DNA of 60,700 bases, filler included, from Nemertoderma westbladi (Eukaryota > Animalia > Xenacoelomorpha), in the NCBI GenBank assembly GCA_032718475.1. It is 3 parts of 3 records of this genome, joined end to end, with 100 filler letters (N's around TTAATTAATTAA, not from the genome) between each part and the next. Parts side by side here need not be neighbours in the genome. Positions count along the whole stretch, not along the records: positions 21,686 to 43,677 come from JAUCBJ010008978.1; positions 43,778 to 60,700 come from JAUCBJ010004228.1; 1 more part is not named here. One strand, given 5' to 3'. A program made the position numbers and the translations under genes. The notes under the pieces were generated by a model, which searched no databases, was not told the origin of the DNA, and worked only from the letters and a program-made list of their open reading frames with translations. This document shows, in pieces, positions 36,881 to 47,903 of the stretch. How positions within the stretch are numbered: the stretch's first letter is position 1; every line of letters begins with the position of its first letter.

Positions 36881-38369
36881 GTGTACTACTTACTATACAA
36901 TACAGTGACAGTAGCGGTCGCATGCGATACACATTAGTAATAATAGTTGCTTCGATTTCTATAGAATTAATGTTGGGCATTATTCCATATCTGCCCAATA
37001 GATTAGCATAACGGTAGGATATAGGCCCTAGTGAGACGGTCTGGATCAAAATCTTAAGTGTTTACATATTTATTTTACTGGTAACTGGGGCCTGATTCGG
37101 ATCCTAGGTTGATATCCACTCTACCAACAGTGTGGGAATTTACCTCAAATTTAATTTAAATTACTACCAAACCATGTGTTTTTATAGTTTACCAGCGTTG
37201 CGAGCTTTGCCATACAGTACCAGGGATATGAACAGACGAAATAACTTTGTTAAACATAACCCTATCGGTAATCCCAGTGGACTGGCATGGAGTTAACAGT
37301 GTGTCTTGTTACTTTAGATCAATAAGTATCGGATATTATTTCGGATCACTAACCATTGCTTCCTCCACACTCGACTGCACGAGTATTTCCCAGAGATAAT
37401 GCTGCAAGGCATTTAATTTCGTATTGATAACAAAAAACTACATCAATGGACTTATTAACTATTTTATTTATCCTGTATGTATGTATATGAACTAAGCTTT
37501 ATTCGGTGTGTAGTCAGTCCGTCCCACACGTACGGCCCAACGATAGTTCCACACCTACCTACGGCCCAACAGATTATGATGCCCAATGGCAAGCAGCTTT
37601 TAAGTTGGGTGTGCTATGATTGGTTACGAGATTGTTTAGGCCTGTTATGTGGGAAGGATTTGTTGGGTATATTAGAAAAAAATAGTCAAAGTGAACCAAC
37701 TTTATTCTTAAAATGGGATATCAATTATTATTAATTTACAGTAAATATGAAATAGCAGATGTCATTATAATTACGTAATACCAATATATTATAAATGGTA
37801 GTCCAAATAGCACCTTTTTTCAGAAACAATAATGAAAATAGTAATAAAATTATTGACATAAATCATTTTACTTTACTTTTCTTAACATTTTTAACTGTAT
37901 TTGTTTGTTCGAGATCACAGTTTTCAAATTATACAACTGTTCAATATATTTTGAATTAGTTTAGTAAGAAATACCGATGGGATACTTGCAATGATGACAA
38001 TGATTTATAGTGCAGATCTTTCGAGGTATTTATCAAGAGTTCACAATAAAATGTATAATATATGATTGGGTTTGTTATAACATGTCTTCTCGCATCAACG
38101 ATCATTGAACTAATTTTAGCTAGCGGCCACACGCATCTGGAACTTGGCTCCAAAATAGAAAGGAGGGATAAAAAATTGAGGCATTATTTCTATCTCGCTT
38201 CTCTTCTATACCGGAAAGGTAACATCATTCAACACGTGAAATATTAAACAGTTTATTTTTCCAGACAGGCCGTCTTTAGGGAGGTATTTAGCATAATTAT
38301 GGGTTGGTATTCCAGTAATGGGCAAGATAGCCTTCCGATAATTTAAAACGGACGTAGAACGAATAATAT

Positions 38370-38693
38370 AATAACAGACACACCTACAAGCCGACAATAA
38401 ATAAAATTATTCACTCACATAACATAACCGACACACCTACAAGCCCTCAATAAATAAAATTATTCACTCACATAACATAACAGACACACCTACAAGCCCT
38501 CAATAAATAAAATTATTCACTCACATAACATAACAGACACACCTACAAGCCCTCAATAAATAAAATTATTCACTCACATAACATAACAGACACACCTACA
38601 AGCCCTCAATAAATAAAATTATTCACTCACATAACATAACAGACACACCTACAAGCCCTCAATAAATAAAATTATTCACTCACATAACATAAC
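38370..38693. repeat. 53-bp tandem array, ~6 near-identical units
   Basis: Unit AAAATTATTCACTCACATAACATAACAGACACACCTACAAGCCCTCAATAAAT, with no spacers. Confidence 0.95.
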
Positions 38694-39407
38694 ATATAGT
38701 AGCTCCCTACAACAGTACCAGTCATATAAAGTCTTATTACCGTCACATAAATTTAGGATTTCTCACCACATATTACTTTACATAATTGTTTTTCATTTTC
38801 ATTCCTCGATATTGGTGCATTTATTTCACACATTTTCGTAATAAATTTGATTTTAGAATTTAGTGCATAGTAAGGGAATTTGCCTCTGAAATTGAAAACA
38901 TAATGTTTAGTCTTTTCATAATATATATTTTAGAAATTACTACTTGGCGCCTATACTGTAGGTAACTTATTAATATTTGATATAGGTGGGCTATAGAGAT
39001 CATGCCCATGCCCACTCCTCCTTACCACTACTGCTATTATATTGTGCTACCGGTTCTACTGCACTAGTTTGGTCGATTTACGTCTGTAGGGGCCTACACG
39101 CCCTATATCGCACTGCACCATCAGACTGTTGTAGACAGTACAGTACGGTACAGCAGTATTATGAAATGCATTATGGAAATTTTTAGTGGAGAGAATAAAA
39201 TACGTAGTGCACGTTAATTTAGTAGTTTTTATTACAGTATTATATTCAGACTACGGTAGCCTACAAATTAATACCCAGGGAGTTAGACTCCAACCAACTA
39301 TCTTTCCCATTACTGGAATATACCCATCCATAAATTATCACTCATCACCTCATCCTTCTTAATTATATATGTCCTTTATATCTGTATATCTCTATATATC
39401 TTTCTAT

Positions 39408-41106
39408 CTGTCCTTTATATACTGTCCTGTCCTTTACTGTCCTGTCCTTTACTGTCCTGTCCTTTATACTGTCCTGTCCTTTATACTGTCCTGTCCTTTA
39501 TACTGTCATGTCCTTTATACTGTCCTGTCCTTTATACTGTCCTGTCCTTTATACTGTCCTGCCCTTTATACTGTCCTGTCCTTTATACTGTCCTGTCCTT
39601 TATACTGCCCTGTCCTTTATACTGTCATGTCCTTTATACTGTCCTGTCCTTTATACTGTCCTGTCCTTTATACTGTCCTGTCCTTTATACTGTCCTGTCC
39701 TTTATACTGTCCTGTCCTTTATACTGTCCTGTCCTTTATACTGTCCTGTCCTTTATACTGTCCTGTCCTTTATATTGTCCTGTCCTTTATACTGTCATGT
39801 CCTTCATACTGTCCTGTCCTTTATACTGCCCTGTCCTTTATACTGTCCTGTCCTTTATACTGTCATGTCCTTTATACTGTCCTGCCATTTATACTGCCCT
39901 GTCCTTTATACTGCCCTGTCCTTCATACTGTCCTGTCCTTTATACTGCCCTGTCCTTTATACTGTCCTGTCCTTTATACTGGTCTGCCCTTTATACTGTC
40001 CTGTCCTTTATACTGCCCTGTCCTTTATACTGCCCTGTCCTTTATACTGCCCTGTCCTTTATACTGTCCTGTCCTTTATACTGTCCTGTCCTTTATACTG
40101 TCCTGTCCTTTATACTGTCCTGTCCTTTATTTTTTTTCAGGTTTTTATAATTCTATATTAACAATTTTTAATAATAAAAAGCACAATGATACCAGATTTT
40201 AATATAGTTACTTTAATATAATACATAAATCGAGTTATTTTGGCGCCCCAAAAGTTCCATTATCAAACCCGGCCCTCCGTCGCCGCACAGAGGATTCCGG
40301 TTTCGCTCAGTGGTTGAGGACATTGACGAGTCTTGGGTGTGCGGGCCCCGCGCATGCACATTACAGAAGACCGCAACAGGGCATAGTTTAGCCTCGTGCG
40401 GACCAAGGATACTGTCTGCGTCTGGGAGTATGGAGTGTCCCGCTTTGCGGAGAGGAGGAGAGACACCCGATTGATGAGTGCGTGAGCACTTCGACTAGCC
40501 CCGCCCGTTGCTGGAACGTCCTGTCCTTTATACTGTCCTGTCCTTTATACTGTCCTGTCCTTTATACTGTCCTGTCCTTTATACTGTCCTGCCCTTTATA
40601 CTGTCCTGCCCTTTATACCATCCTGTCCTGTCCTTTATACTGTCCTATCCTTTATACTGTCCTGTCCTTTATACTGTCCTGTCCTTTATACTGTCCTGCC
40701 CTTTATACTGTCCTGTCCTTTATACTACTGTCCTGTCCTTTATACTGTCCTGTCCTTTATACTGCCCTGTCCTTTATACTGTCCTTCCTTTATACTGCCC
40801 TGTCCTTTATACTGTCCTGTCCTTTATACTGTCCTGTCCTTTATACTGTCCTGTCCTTTATACTGCCCTGTCCTTTATACTGTCCTGTCCTTTATACTGT
40901 CCTGTCCTTTATACTGTCCTGTCCTTTATACTGTCCTGTCCTTTATACTACTGCCCTGTCCTTTATACTGTTCTGTCCTTTATACTGTCCTGTCCTTTAT
41001 ACTGTCCTGTCCTTTATACTGTCCTGTCCTTTATACTGTCCTGTCCTTTATACTGTCCTGTCCTTTATACTGCCCTGTCCTTTATACTGCCCTGTCCTTT
41101 ATACTG
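39408..41106. repeat. 17-bp satellite (CCTTTATACTGTCCTGT)n, split by an insertion at ~40131-40517
   Basis: Directly visible; generates the spurious ILSCPLYCPVLYTVLSF ORFs. Confidence 0.97.
40131..40517 (-). mobile_element. 3' fragment of a CRE-like (restriction-like endonuclease) non-LTR retrotransposon
   Basis: Minus strand encodes VPATGGASRSAHALINRVSLLLSAKRDTPYS...VRTRLNYALLRSSVMCMRGAR, matching my recollection of the CRE-type C-terminus (TGG.G...KRLA..L..K....YS......R.RLSF.LLRS...C.RGSR). It is followed by a 3' UTR and an A-tail. Confidence 0.75.
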
Positions 41107-41455
41107 TTGATCTGAGCTCTTCAGTTAGAGTAATAAATCTGTTTTTCACTGCTTCCGAAGTTGGAATTACCCTTATCCCGAGTAAAGTAGAGGCACAATA
41201 TAGAGCTAAATAAATTAATAAAATAAAGATATTTACTGTAAGGAGTTCAATTTTTTGAATGCGCTGAAACACATTTTTAATTATACTGATGGCTTGCTAG
41301 CGATGGTAACTGAGGTAATCCTAATTCCCAGGAGACCCCGTTGTAGGCAGAAAACAGCCTTTCCATAAATCATTCCTGTAAGATGCTGTAACAACAGTTC
41401 GCTGAAAAGATAAAAAACCTTCCGGTTGCCACAGTTGAACAGGGGTAGCACGAAT

Positions 41456-42497
41456 AGCACGAACTTAGTTCCAATCGCACATTTTAAAAGGCGAACTTAG
41501 TTCCAATTGAAACGAATTTAGTTGCAAAATAAATTTTACAAAGCGAACTTAGTTCCAATCGAGGCGAACTTAGTTCCAATCCCAGAATATCAAAACAACT
41601 TAGTTCCAATGGATGCGAATTTAGTTCCAATGGATGCGAACTTAGTTCCAATGGATGCGAATTTAGTTCCAATGGATGCGAATTTAGTTCCAATGGGTAC
41701 GAACTTTGTTCCAATGTTTCAATCGTGGGGATAGCCACGTCATAGGCAAAGCCTATTGCGTATTGCCACTATTTGGGGTGGGTCAGGGTCAACAATAATT
41801 GTAAATAATTGTAAAACCCTTCTAACATTTTTCAAAAACGAATTATTATTAATAAATTAAATGCATTTTGAAATATATATTAATCACGAGTATACTGATA
41901 CTGACTGACTGAGTCTGTAGTATTATATACTCAAGTCATGTACATTGTGCCATTTTCACACCAAATACAATTTTTACCAGTTGTTTCGGTTTAGCTGGAT
42001 GGGCGTTGTTTGGGTTGGGAGGTTGGGCGTAGTTTGGGTTAAGAGCTTGGGCTTTGTTTTTTACAATGAATATCATTTTAAATGATTAAATATAAATGAA
42101 TTTAATTGAATTGTTTGTGTTAAGAGGTTGGGCGTTGTTTGGGATAAGATTGTTTTGGTTAGGAGGTTGGGCGTTTTGGGTTAGTTATTTACAATTATTA
42201 TTTACCCATCCACCTAATAGTGGTATTAAACAGATTCTTCACCAACTACGTGGCTCGCCCCACTCCTGAAACATTGGAACTAAATTCGCTTCCATTGGAA
42301 CTAAATTCGCATGCACTGGAATTAAATTTGCATCCATTGGAACTAAATTCGCATGCATTGGAACTAAATTCGTTTTCGTTTTTCTCTAGTTATTGGAACT
42401 AAGTTCGCCTAAATTGGAACTAAATTGGCCAAAATTGGAACTATATTCGTTTCCATTGGAACTAAATTCGCATGAGGCATAAATTGGAACTAAGTAC
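41456..42497. mobile_element. ~1-kb foldback/MITE with 21-bp subterminal repeats
   Basis: (GCGAAYTTAGTTCCAATGGAT)n at 41460-41715 is mirrored at 42270-42495. Inner arms GTTCCAATGTTTCA..GCCACGT / ACGTGGC..TGAAACATTGGAAC. Ends and TSD not resolved. Confidence 0.75.
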
Positions 42498-43513
42498 GGG
42501 AAATCTCTAATAAGGTATGCAAGCAATTATTACTTATATCTGAATGGTGTCCGGACACTTCCCCCCGGACACTTCCCCACCGACTGTTCTTAATTTCGAA
42601 TATTTTTATTTTCATTTTGTAAGGTAAAGCACCTCTTGTATCCAGACAAGTTGTCTCCAATTTTCCATTCTCGGTTCAGAAAGTGATCTTTTGCATCCCG
42701 ATTTTACTTTTGTATCCAAGTTTTATTTATGGGTTTTATCAATGCAATTACATCGTATTGTTTGCTAATCATTAAACAATTAATTAGATGACCTATAAAT
42801 TCCATCCCCCGAATGATATACTGTTTTTTTACTATAGAATTATAATAATTAATTGTTTTAATTATAGGTATTATTATCTAATTGTTTTGCTCAAATTATA
42901 TCAGATGGGGATAAATATTATAGATGCAATTAAAATTATACCTCTCCAGGGGAAAATCGACATGCGTCGACCTGTATTCTGTGTTCAGCATTTCACGTTC
43001 GTGGGGCGTCGCGCAGCACGTGAACTTGAGCAAGTTCGAAACAAATTCGATTTGATCTGGAGTCAAAAGTGCGAGAGGTATTTGCCCGTAACTTTCAAAA
43101 ATATTGGAAATTTTTCTCTATGCCCATACAAAATTAGGTTGAAAATGGTTAAAATCTTCAAAAGTTATTTACGAATGAATTATCCATTGCAGACAGACAA
43201 TCGGACGGACAGACAGACGGGCCTGTAATTTTGCCCTATTTACTAATTGTAATTGTGCGCTAAGGCTCGCCTTTACTGCGTGGCTCGTCCCACATATTGA
43301 TAAACTAATTACATTTCCTGGTTACATGTAATATTTTTAATAGGATTTTGTTGAATTATGTAATATTGTAGTAATTTTGATACTAATAATTTTGTTAACA
43401 TTCAATGCAGTTCCTACTTTAGGCTTAGTCAATTTATTATCTGATGATACAAACATGAATTAATTATTTCAAAATGGTCTTCAAGTCTTTCACCACGGGC
43501 ACACAGGGAAATG

Positions 43514-43630
43514 CCGGGGTTTGGGGGCGGCAACCCCCAACCAAAGAAGCGGGGGTTTGGGGGCGGCAGCCCCCAACCAAAGAAGCGGGGGTTTGGGGGG
43601 GGTGGCAGCCCCCAACAAAAGAAGCGGGGC
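43514..43630. repeat. 36-bp GC-rich tandem repeat x3 with GGGGGCGGCAGCCCCC hairpin
   Basis: Directly visible. Confidence 0.75.
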
Positions 43631-43677
43631 CTATTAGCCTCATACAACTTGTCCTGTAACCATCTTTAACTTTTGTT

Positions 43678-43777
43678 NNNNNNNNNNNNNNNNNNNNNNN
43701 NNNNNNNNNNNNNNNNNNNNNTTAATTAATTAANNNNNNNNNNNNNNNNNNNNNNNNNNNNNNNNNNNNNNNNNNNN
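43678..43777. other. Artificial contig linker N44-TTAATTAATTAA-N44
   Basis: Same as 21586-21685. Confidence 0.97.
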
Positions 43778-44816
43778 AATAGCCCACTATGAATAGACCA
43801 TCTCAGCTAAGGAAAATCTTTCTTAGCGAAAGTAGTTGATTTTCCTTAGCTTCGTGGATTCGGATGCAGAATAAGTCATATAGTGGGGGTAGGGGTTAGT
43901 CCCAAGTCATAGTACTATTAACTTGTGCTTCAAATTATCATTTTATAAATTTTAACATCTGTTTAGACTTGTTGCTATGGTAACTGTATTTTCTAATTAA
44001 CCTCAAACGGCTTGGATATGGACCTTATAGATGAGTTGCAAAACCCCAAGTTTATATATATTACAGTTTTGCTACAAATAGAGTTATCAATATAGATTTG
44101 AATGATATAGAGTTTAATAAACTACAGTTACCATGGTAACTAAATTTCTGGAATAATTTAAGTTTCACTAAAAGTTCCAACTAGTGGTCCAGATAACACA
44201 TATATACCCAGTTTTGTAAAATTTTATCGTGAAGTCTATGTCCAAATGAATAAGTTTTGAATAAAAACATCTGTTTTCAGCGGTTGTCAGGGTAACTGAA
44301 AAATATAACAATGTAATTCGGATGCAGAATAAGTTATATAGTGGGGGTAGGGGTTGGTCCCAAGTCATAACACCTTGCCCTTAGGCCTCAAATTAACATT
44401 TTATAAATTTTAACATCTGTTTATCCCGGTAGCCAAGGTAACTGGATTTTCTATTTAGCCTCAATCGGATCTGATATGGACCTTATAGTTGAGTTGAGAA
44501 ACCCCAAGTTTATATCTATTATAGTTTTCCTACAAATAGAGTTATAAATATTGACTTGAAATACATAGACTTTTTTCGAAGTCCGTTGCCATGGAAACCA
44601 GATTTTTCCTGGATATGAGACCCGGCCCAAAAGATGCGCCTCGTCGAGTAGTATATACATGCAAAATTTCAGGGTACTTTTAAAGGCTAGTTTTTTCCCC
44701 GACCAAAAAAAACCAAATCTGCCTCACACAAGTAAAATAGCCCACTATGAATAGACCATCTCAGCTAAGGAAAATCTTTCTTAGCGAAAGTAGTTGATTT
44801 TCCTTAGCTTCGTGGA
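43778..44816 (-). mobile_element. Two partial non-autonomous Helitron-like elements (5' ends at 43858 and 44816), the first nested in the second
   Basis: The 5' terminus A|TCCACGAAGCTAAGGAAAAT occurs twice. The 43858 end interrupts the family's internal motif AATGTAA|TTCGGATGC at an AT site. Confidence 0.7.
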
Positions 44817-44854
44817 TAATTAATTGTGTAACATGATTCTTATTATTATTATTA

Positions 44855-45812
44855 CGAGAAAGGAATTTCCTAAAGGAAATGCAACCACGAAGCTAAGGAA
44901 AATTAAACAAACGGCCACACTTTGGTTCGTTGCTTAGCCTCGTTTAGTAGCATTTGTCAATAATTAACTTCTATTCCCATGGAAACTAGAGTTCTCTGGA
45001 ACTGTTGCTTTAACCTTTGAAAAAAAATTCAGTACAGATTGTGGTTCAGATAACACATATACTGAGTTTCAGAAAATATTGTAGTTTATGTCCAAATTAC
45101 CGATTTTCTATCAAAATGCATCTGTTTGCAGTGGTTGTCTTGGAAACTGAAAAATAGAACAATGTAATTCGGATGCAGAATAAGTCATATAGTGGGGGTA
45201 GGGGTTAGTCTCAAGTCATAATACTATTAACTTGTGCTTCAAATTATCATTTTTGTATAAAAACATATGTTTTCAGCGGTTGTCATGGTAACTGCAAAAT
45301 AAAACAATGAAATTCAGACGCAGAATAAGGTATATAGTGGGGGTAGGGGTTGGTCCCAAGTCAAAACACCTTAACCTTAGGCTTGAAATTAACATTTTAT
45401 AAATTTTAACATCTGTTTATCCCGGTTGCCAAGATAACTGGATTTTCTATTTAACCTCAATCGGCTCAGCTATGGACCTTATAGTTGAATTGAGAAACCC
45501 CAAGATTATTTCTATTATAGTTTTTCTACAAATAGAGTTATAAATATTGACTTGAAATACATAGACTTTTTTATAAGTCCGTTGCCATGGAAACCAGATT
45601 TTTCCTGGATATGAGACCCGGCCCAAAAGATGCGCCTCGTCGAGTAGTATATACATGCAAAATTTCAGGGTACTTTTAAAGGCTAGTTTTTTCGCCTATC
45701 AAAAAACCCCAAATCTGCCTCACACAAGTAAAATAGCCCACTATGAATAGACCATCTCAGCTAAGGAAAATCTTTCTTAGCGAAAGTAGTTGATTTTCCT
45801 TAGCTTCGTGGA
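44855..45812 (-). mobile_element. Complete non-autonomous Helitron/Helentron-like element (~0.96 kb)
   Basis: A|TC 5' end, subterminal inverted repeat CCACGAAGCTAAGGAAAAT, 3' hairpin ATTTCCTTTAGGAAAT and CTCG|T end. Confidence 0.75.
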
Positions 45813-45816
45813 TATT

Positions 45817-47672
45817 ACAACCACTGAGCGAAACCGGGATCCTCTGTGCGGCGACGGAAGGCCGGGTTTGATAATGGAACTTTTGGGGCGCCAAAATAAC
45901 TCGATTTATGTACTAGAAAGGCATTTCCTAAAGGAAATGCAACCACGAAGCTAAGGAAAATTAAACACTTTTTGACTCATCACTACATTGCTTTACAGAG
46001 TTAAGAGGCATATGCCTTTAAAACCTTTTCTAGAACTGCTGAGGTTTACATTAAGATCCGGTTTGTGGTTCCAGGTGACACATACTTCAATTCAGTTTCA
46101 TTGAGTAGTTAATGTGCAAAACTAAGGATTTAATTGTTAAAACGTCTGTTTGTAGGGGTTGTCATGGAAACTGAAAAATGGAACAATATAAATTGGATGC
46201 GGAATTAGTGATATAGTGGGGGTAGGGATTGGTCCCAAGTAGTAATACCTTAAAGTTATGCTTCAAATAACCATTTTATAAATTTGAACATCTGTTTAGC
46301 ATGGTTGCCCTGGTAACTAGATTTTTTAATCAACCTCAATAAGCTCGACTATTGTCCCTATCATTGAGTTGAGAAACCCCAAGTTTATATCTATTGTGGT
46401 TATTCTATAAATAGAGTTATGAATATAGACTTGAATGATATAATCTGTAATAAACTCCAGTTACCATGGTAACTAGATATTTCTGGAATGTTTTGAGTTT
46501 TACTAAAAGTTCCAACTAGTGGTCCAGATAACACATAACCAGTTTCGTAAAATTTTATCGCGAAGTCTATGTCCAAATGAGTAATTTTTGTATAAAAACA
46601 TCTGTTTTCAGCGGTTGTCATGGTAACTGAAAAATAGAACAATGTAATTCGGATGCAGAATAAGTCATATAGTGGGGGTAGGTGTTGGTCCCAAGTCATA
46701 ATACTATTAACTTGTGCTTCAAATTATCATTTTATAAATTTTAACATCTGTATAGTCTTGTTGCTATGGTAGCTGGATTTTCAAATTAACCTCGAACGGT
46801 TTGTATATGGACCTTATAGATGAGTTGCAAAACCCCAAGTTTATATATATTACAGTTTTGCTACAAATAGAGTTATCAATATAGATTTGAATGATATAGA
46901 GTTTAATAAACTACAGTTACCATGGTAACTAAATTTCTGGAATAATTTAAGTTTCACTAAAAGTTCCAACTAGTGGTCCAGATAACACATTCCCAGTTTT
47001 GTAAAATTTTATCGTGAAGTCTATGTCCAAATGAATAAGTTTTGAATAAAAACATATGTTTTCAGCGGTTGTCATGGTAACTGAAAAATAGAACAATGTA
47101 ATTCGGATGCAGAATAAGTTATATAGTGGGGGTAGGGGTTGGTCCCAAGTCATAACACCTTGCCCTTAGGCTTCAAATTAACATTTTATAAATTTTAACA
47201 TCTGTTTATCCCGGTTGCCAAGGTAACTGGATTTTCTATTTAGCCTCAATCGGATCTGCTATGGACCTTATAGTTGTGTTGCGAAACCCCAAGTTTATAT
47301 CTATTATAGTTTTCCTACAAATAGAGTTATAAATATTGACTTGAAATACATAGACTTTTTTTGAAGTCCGTTGCCATGGAAACCAGATTTTTCCTGGATA
47401 TGAGACCCGGCCCAAAAGATGCGCCTCGTCGAGTAGTATATACATGCAAAATTTCAGGGTACTTTTAAAGGCTAGTTTTTTCGCCTATCAAAAAACCCCA
47501 AATCTGCCTCACACAAGTAAAATAGCCCACTATGAATAGACCATCTCAGCTAAGGAAAATCTTTCTTAGCGAAAGTAGTTGATTTTCCTTAGCTTCGTGG
47601 ACTATATTAAAATCTGGTATCATTGTGCTTTTTATTATAAAAAATTGTTAATAAAAAAAAAAATACTAAAAA
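45817..47672 (+). mobile_element. Second CRE-like 3' fragment (45817-45912 + 47602-47672), split by a Helitron-like insertion
   Basis: 45817-45912 is the reverse complement of ~40221-40316, and 47602-47652 continues the same 3' UTR into poly(A). Candidate TSD AACATGATTCTTATT at 44830-44844 and 47673-47687. Confidence 0.8.
45913..47601 (-). mobile_element. Complete non-autonomous Helitron/Helentron-like element (~1.69 kb) with internal tandem subrepeats
   Basis: TC...CTAG|T termini, 3' hairpin GCATTTCCTTTAGGAAATGC, subterminal inverted repeats, and internal repeated blocks (AGTGGGGGTAGGGGTTGGTCCCAAGT). Confidence 0.8.
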
Positions 47673-47674
47673 AA

Positions 47675-47820
47675 CATGATTCTTATTCATGTATTTATTT
47701 CCATAAATATGATTACTCATATTTATGGAAATCTATTCTATTTTATTTATTAATATCTTTGTGGAAAATTTATGATGAGTAATCATATTTATGGAAATAA
47801 TTACATGAATAAGACTCATG
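47675..47820. repeat. Small inverted repeat with ~46-bp arms
   Basis: CATGATTCTTATTCATGTA...GATTACTCAT / ATGAGTAATC...TACATGAATAAGACTCATG. Confidence 0.7.
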
Positions 47821-47903
47821 TGAGTCGAAAATTTGTAAAAGAAAAATTTTCTTTTTGTAAGATATTGGTTTTTATTTTGCGTTATAGCATATTATTGTTG
47901 TTA

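Noticed and set aside
38370-38693. CRISPR-like appearance of the 53-bp array (also the 66-bp array at 27030)
   Set aside because: Head-to-tail units with no unique spacers, no cas genes, and a eukaryotic context.
40470-40500. Hammerhead-like TGATGA-GTGC-GTGA-GCAC
   Set aside because: Lacks the C of CUGA and the GAAA after stem II; the segment is explained as antisense of CRE coding sequence.
39369-41213. 200-277 aa Cys/Leu-rich ORFs
   Set aside because: They are translations of the 17-bp satellite, open in all three frames.
44340-44372. Twister-like GGTCCCAAG words in the Helitron-like repeats
   Set aside because: The UAA cleavage loop and pseudoknot partners are not in the required order.
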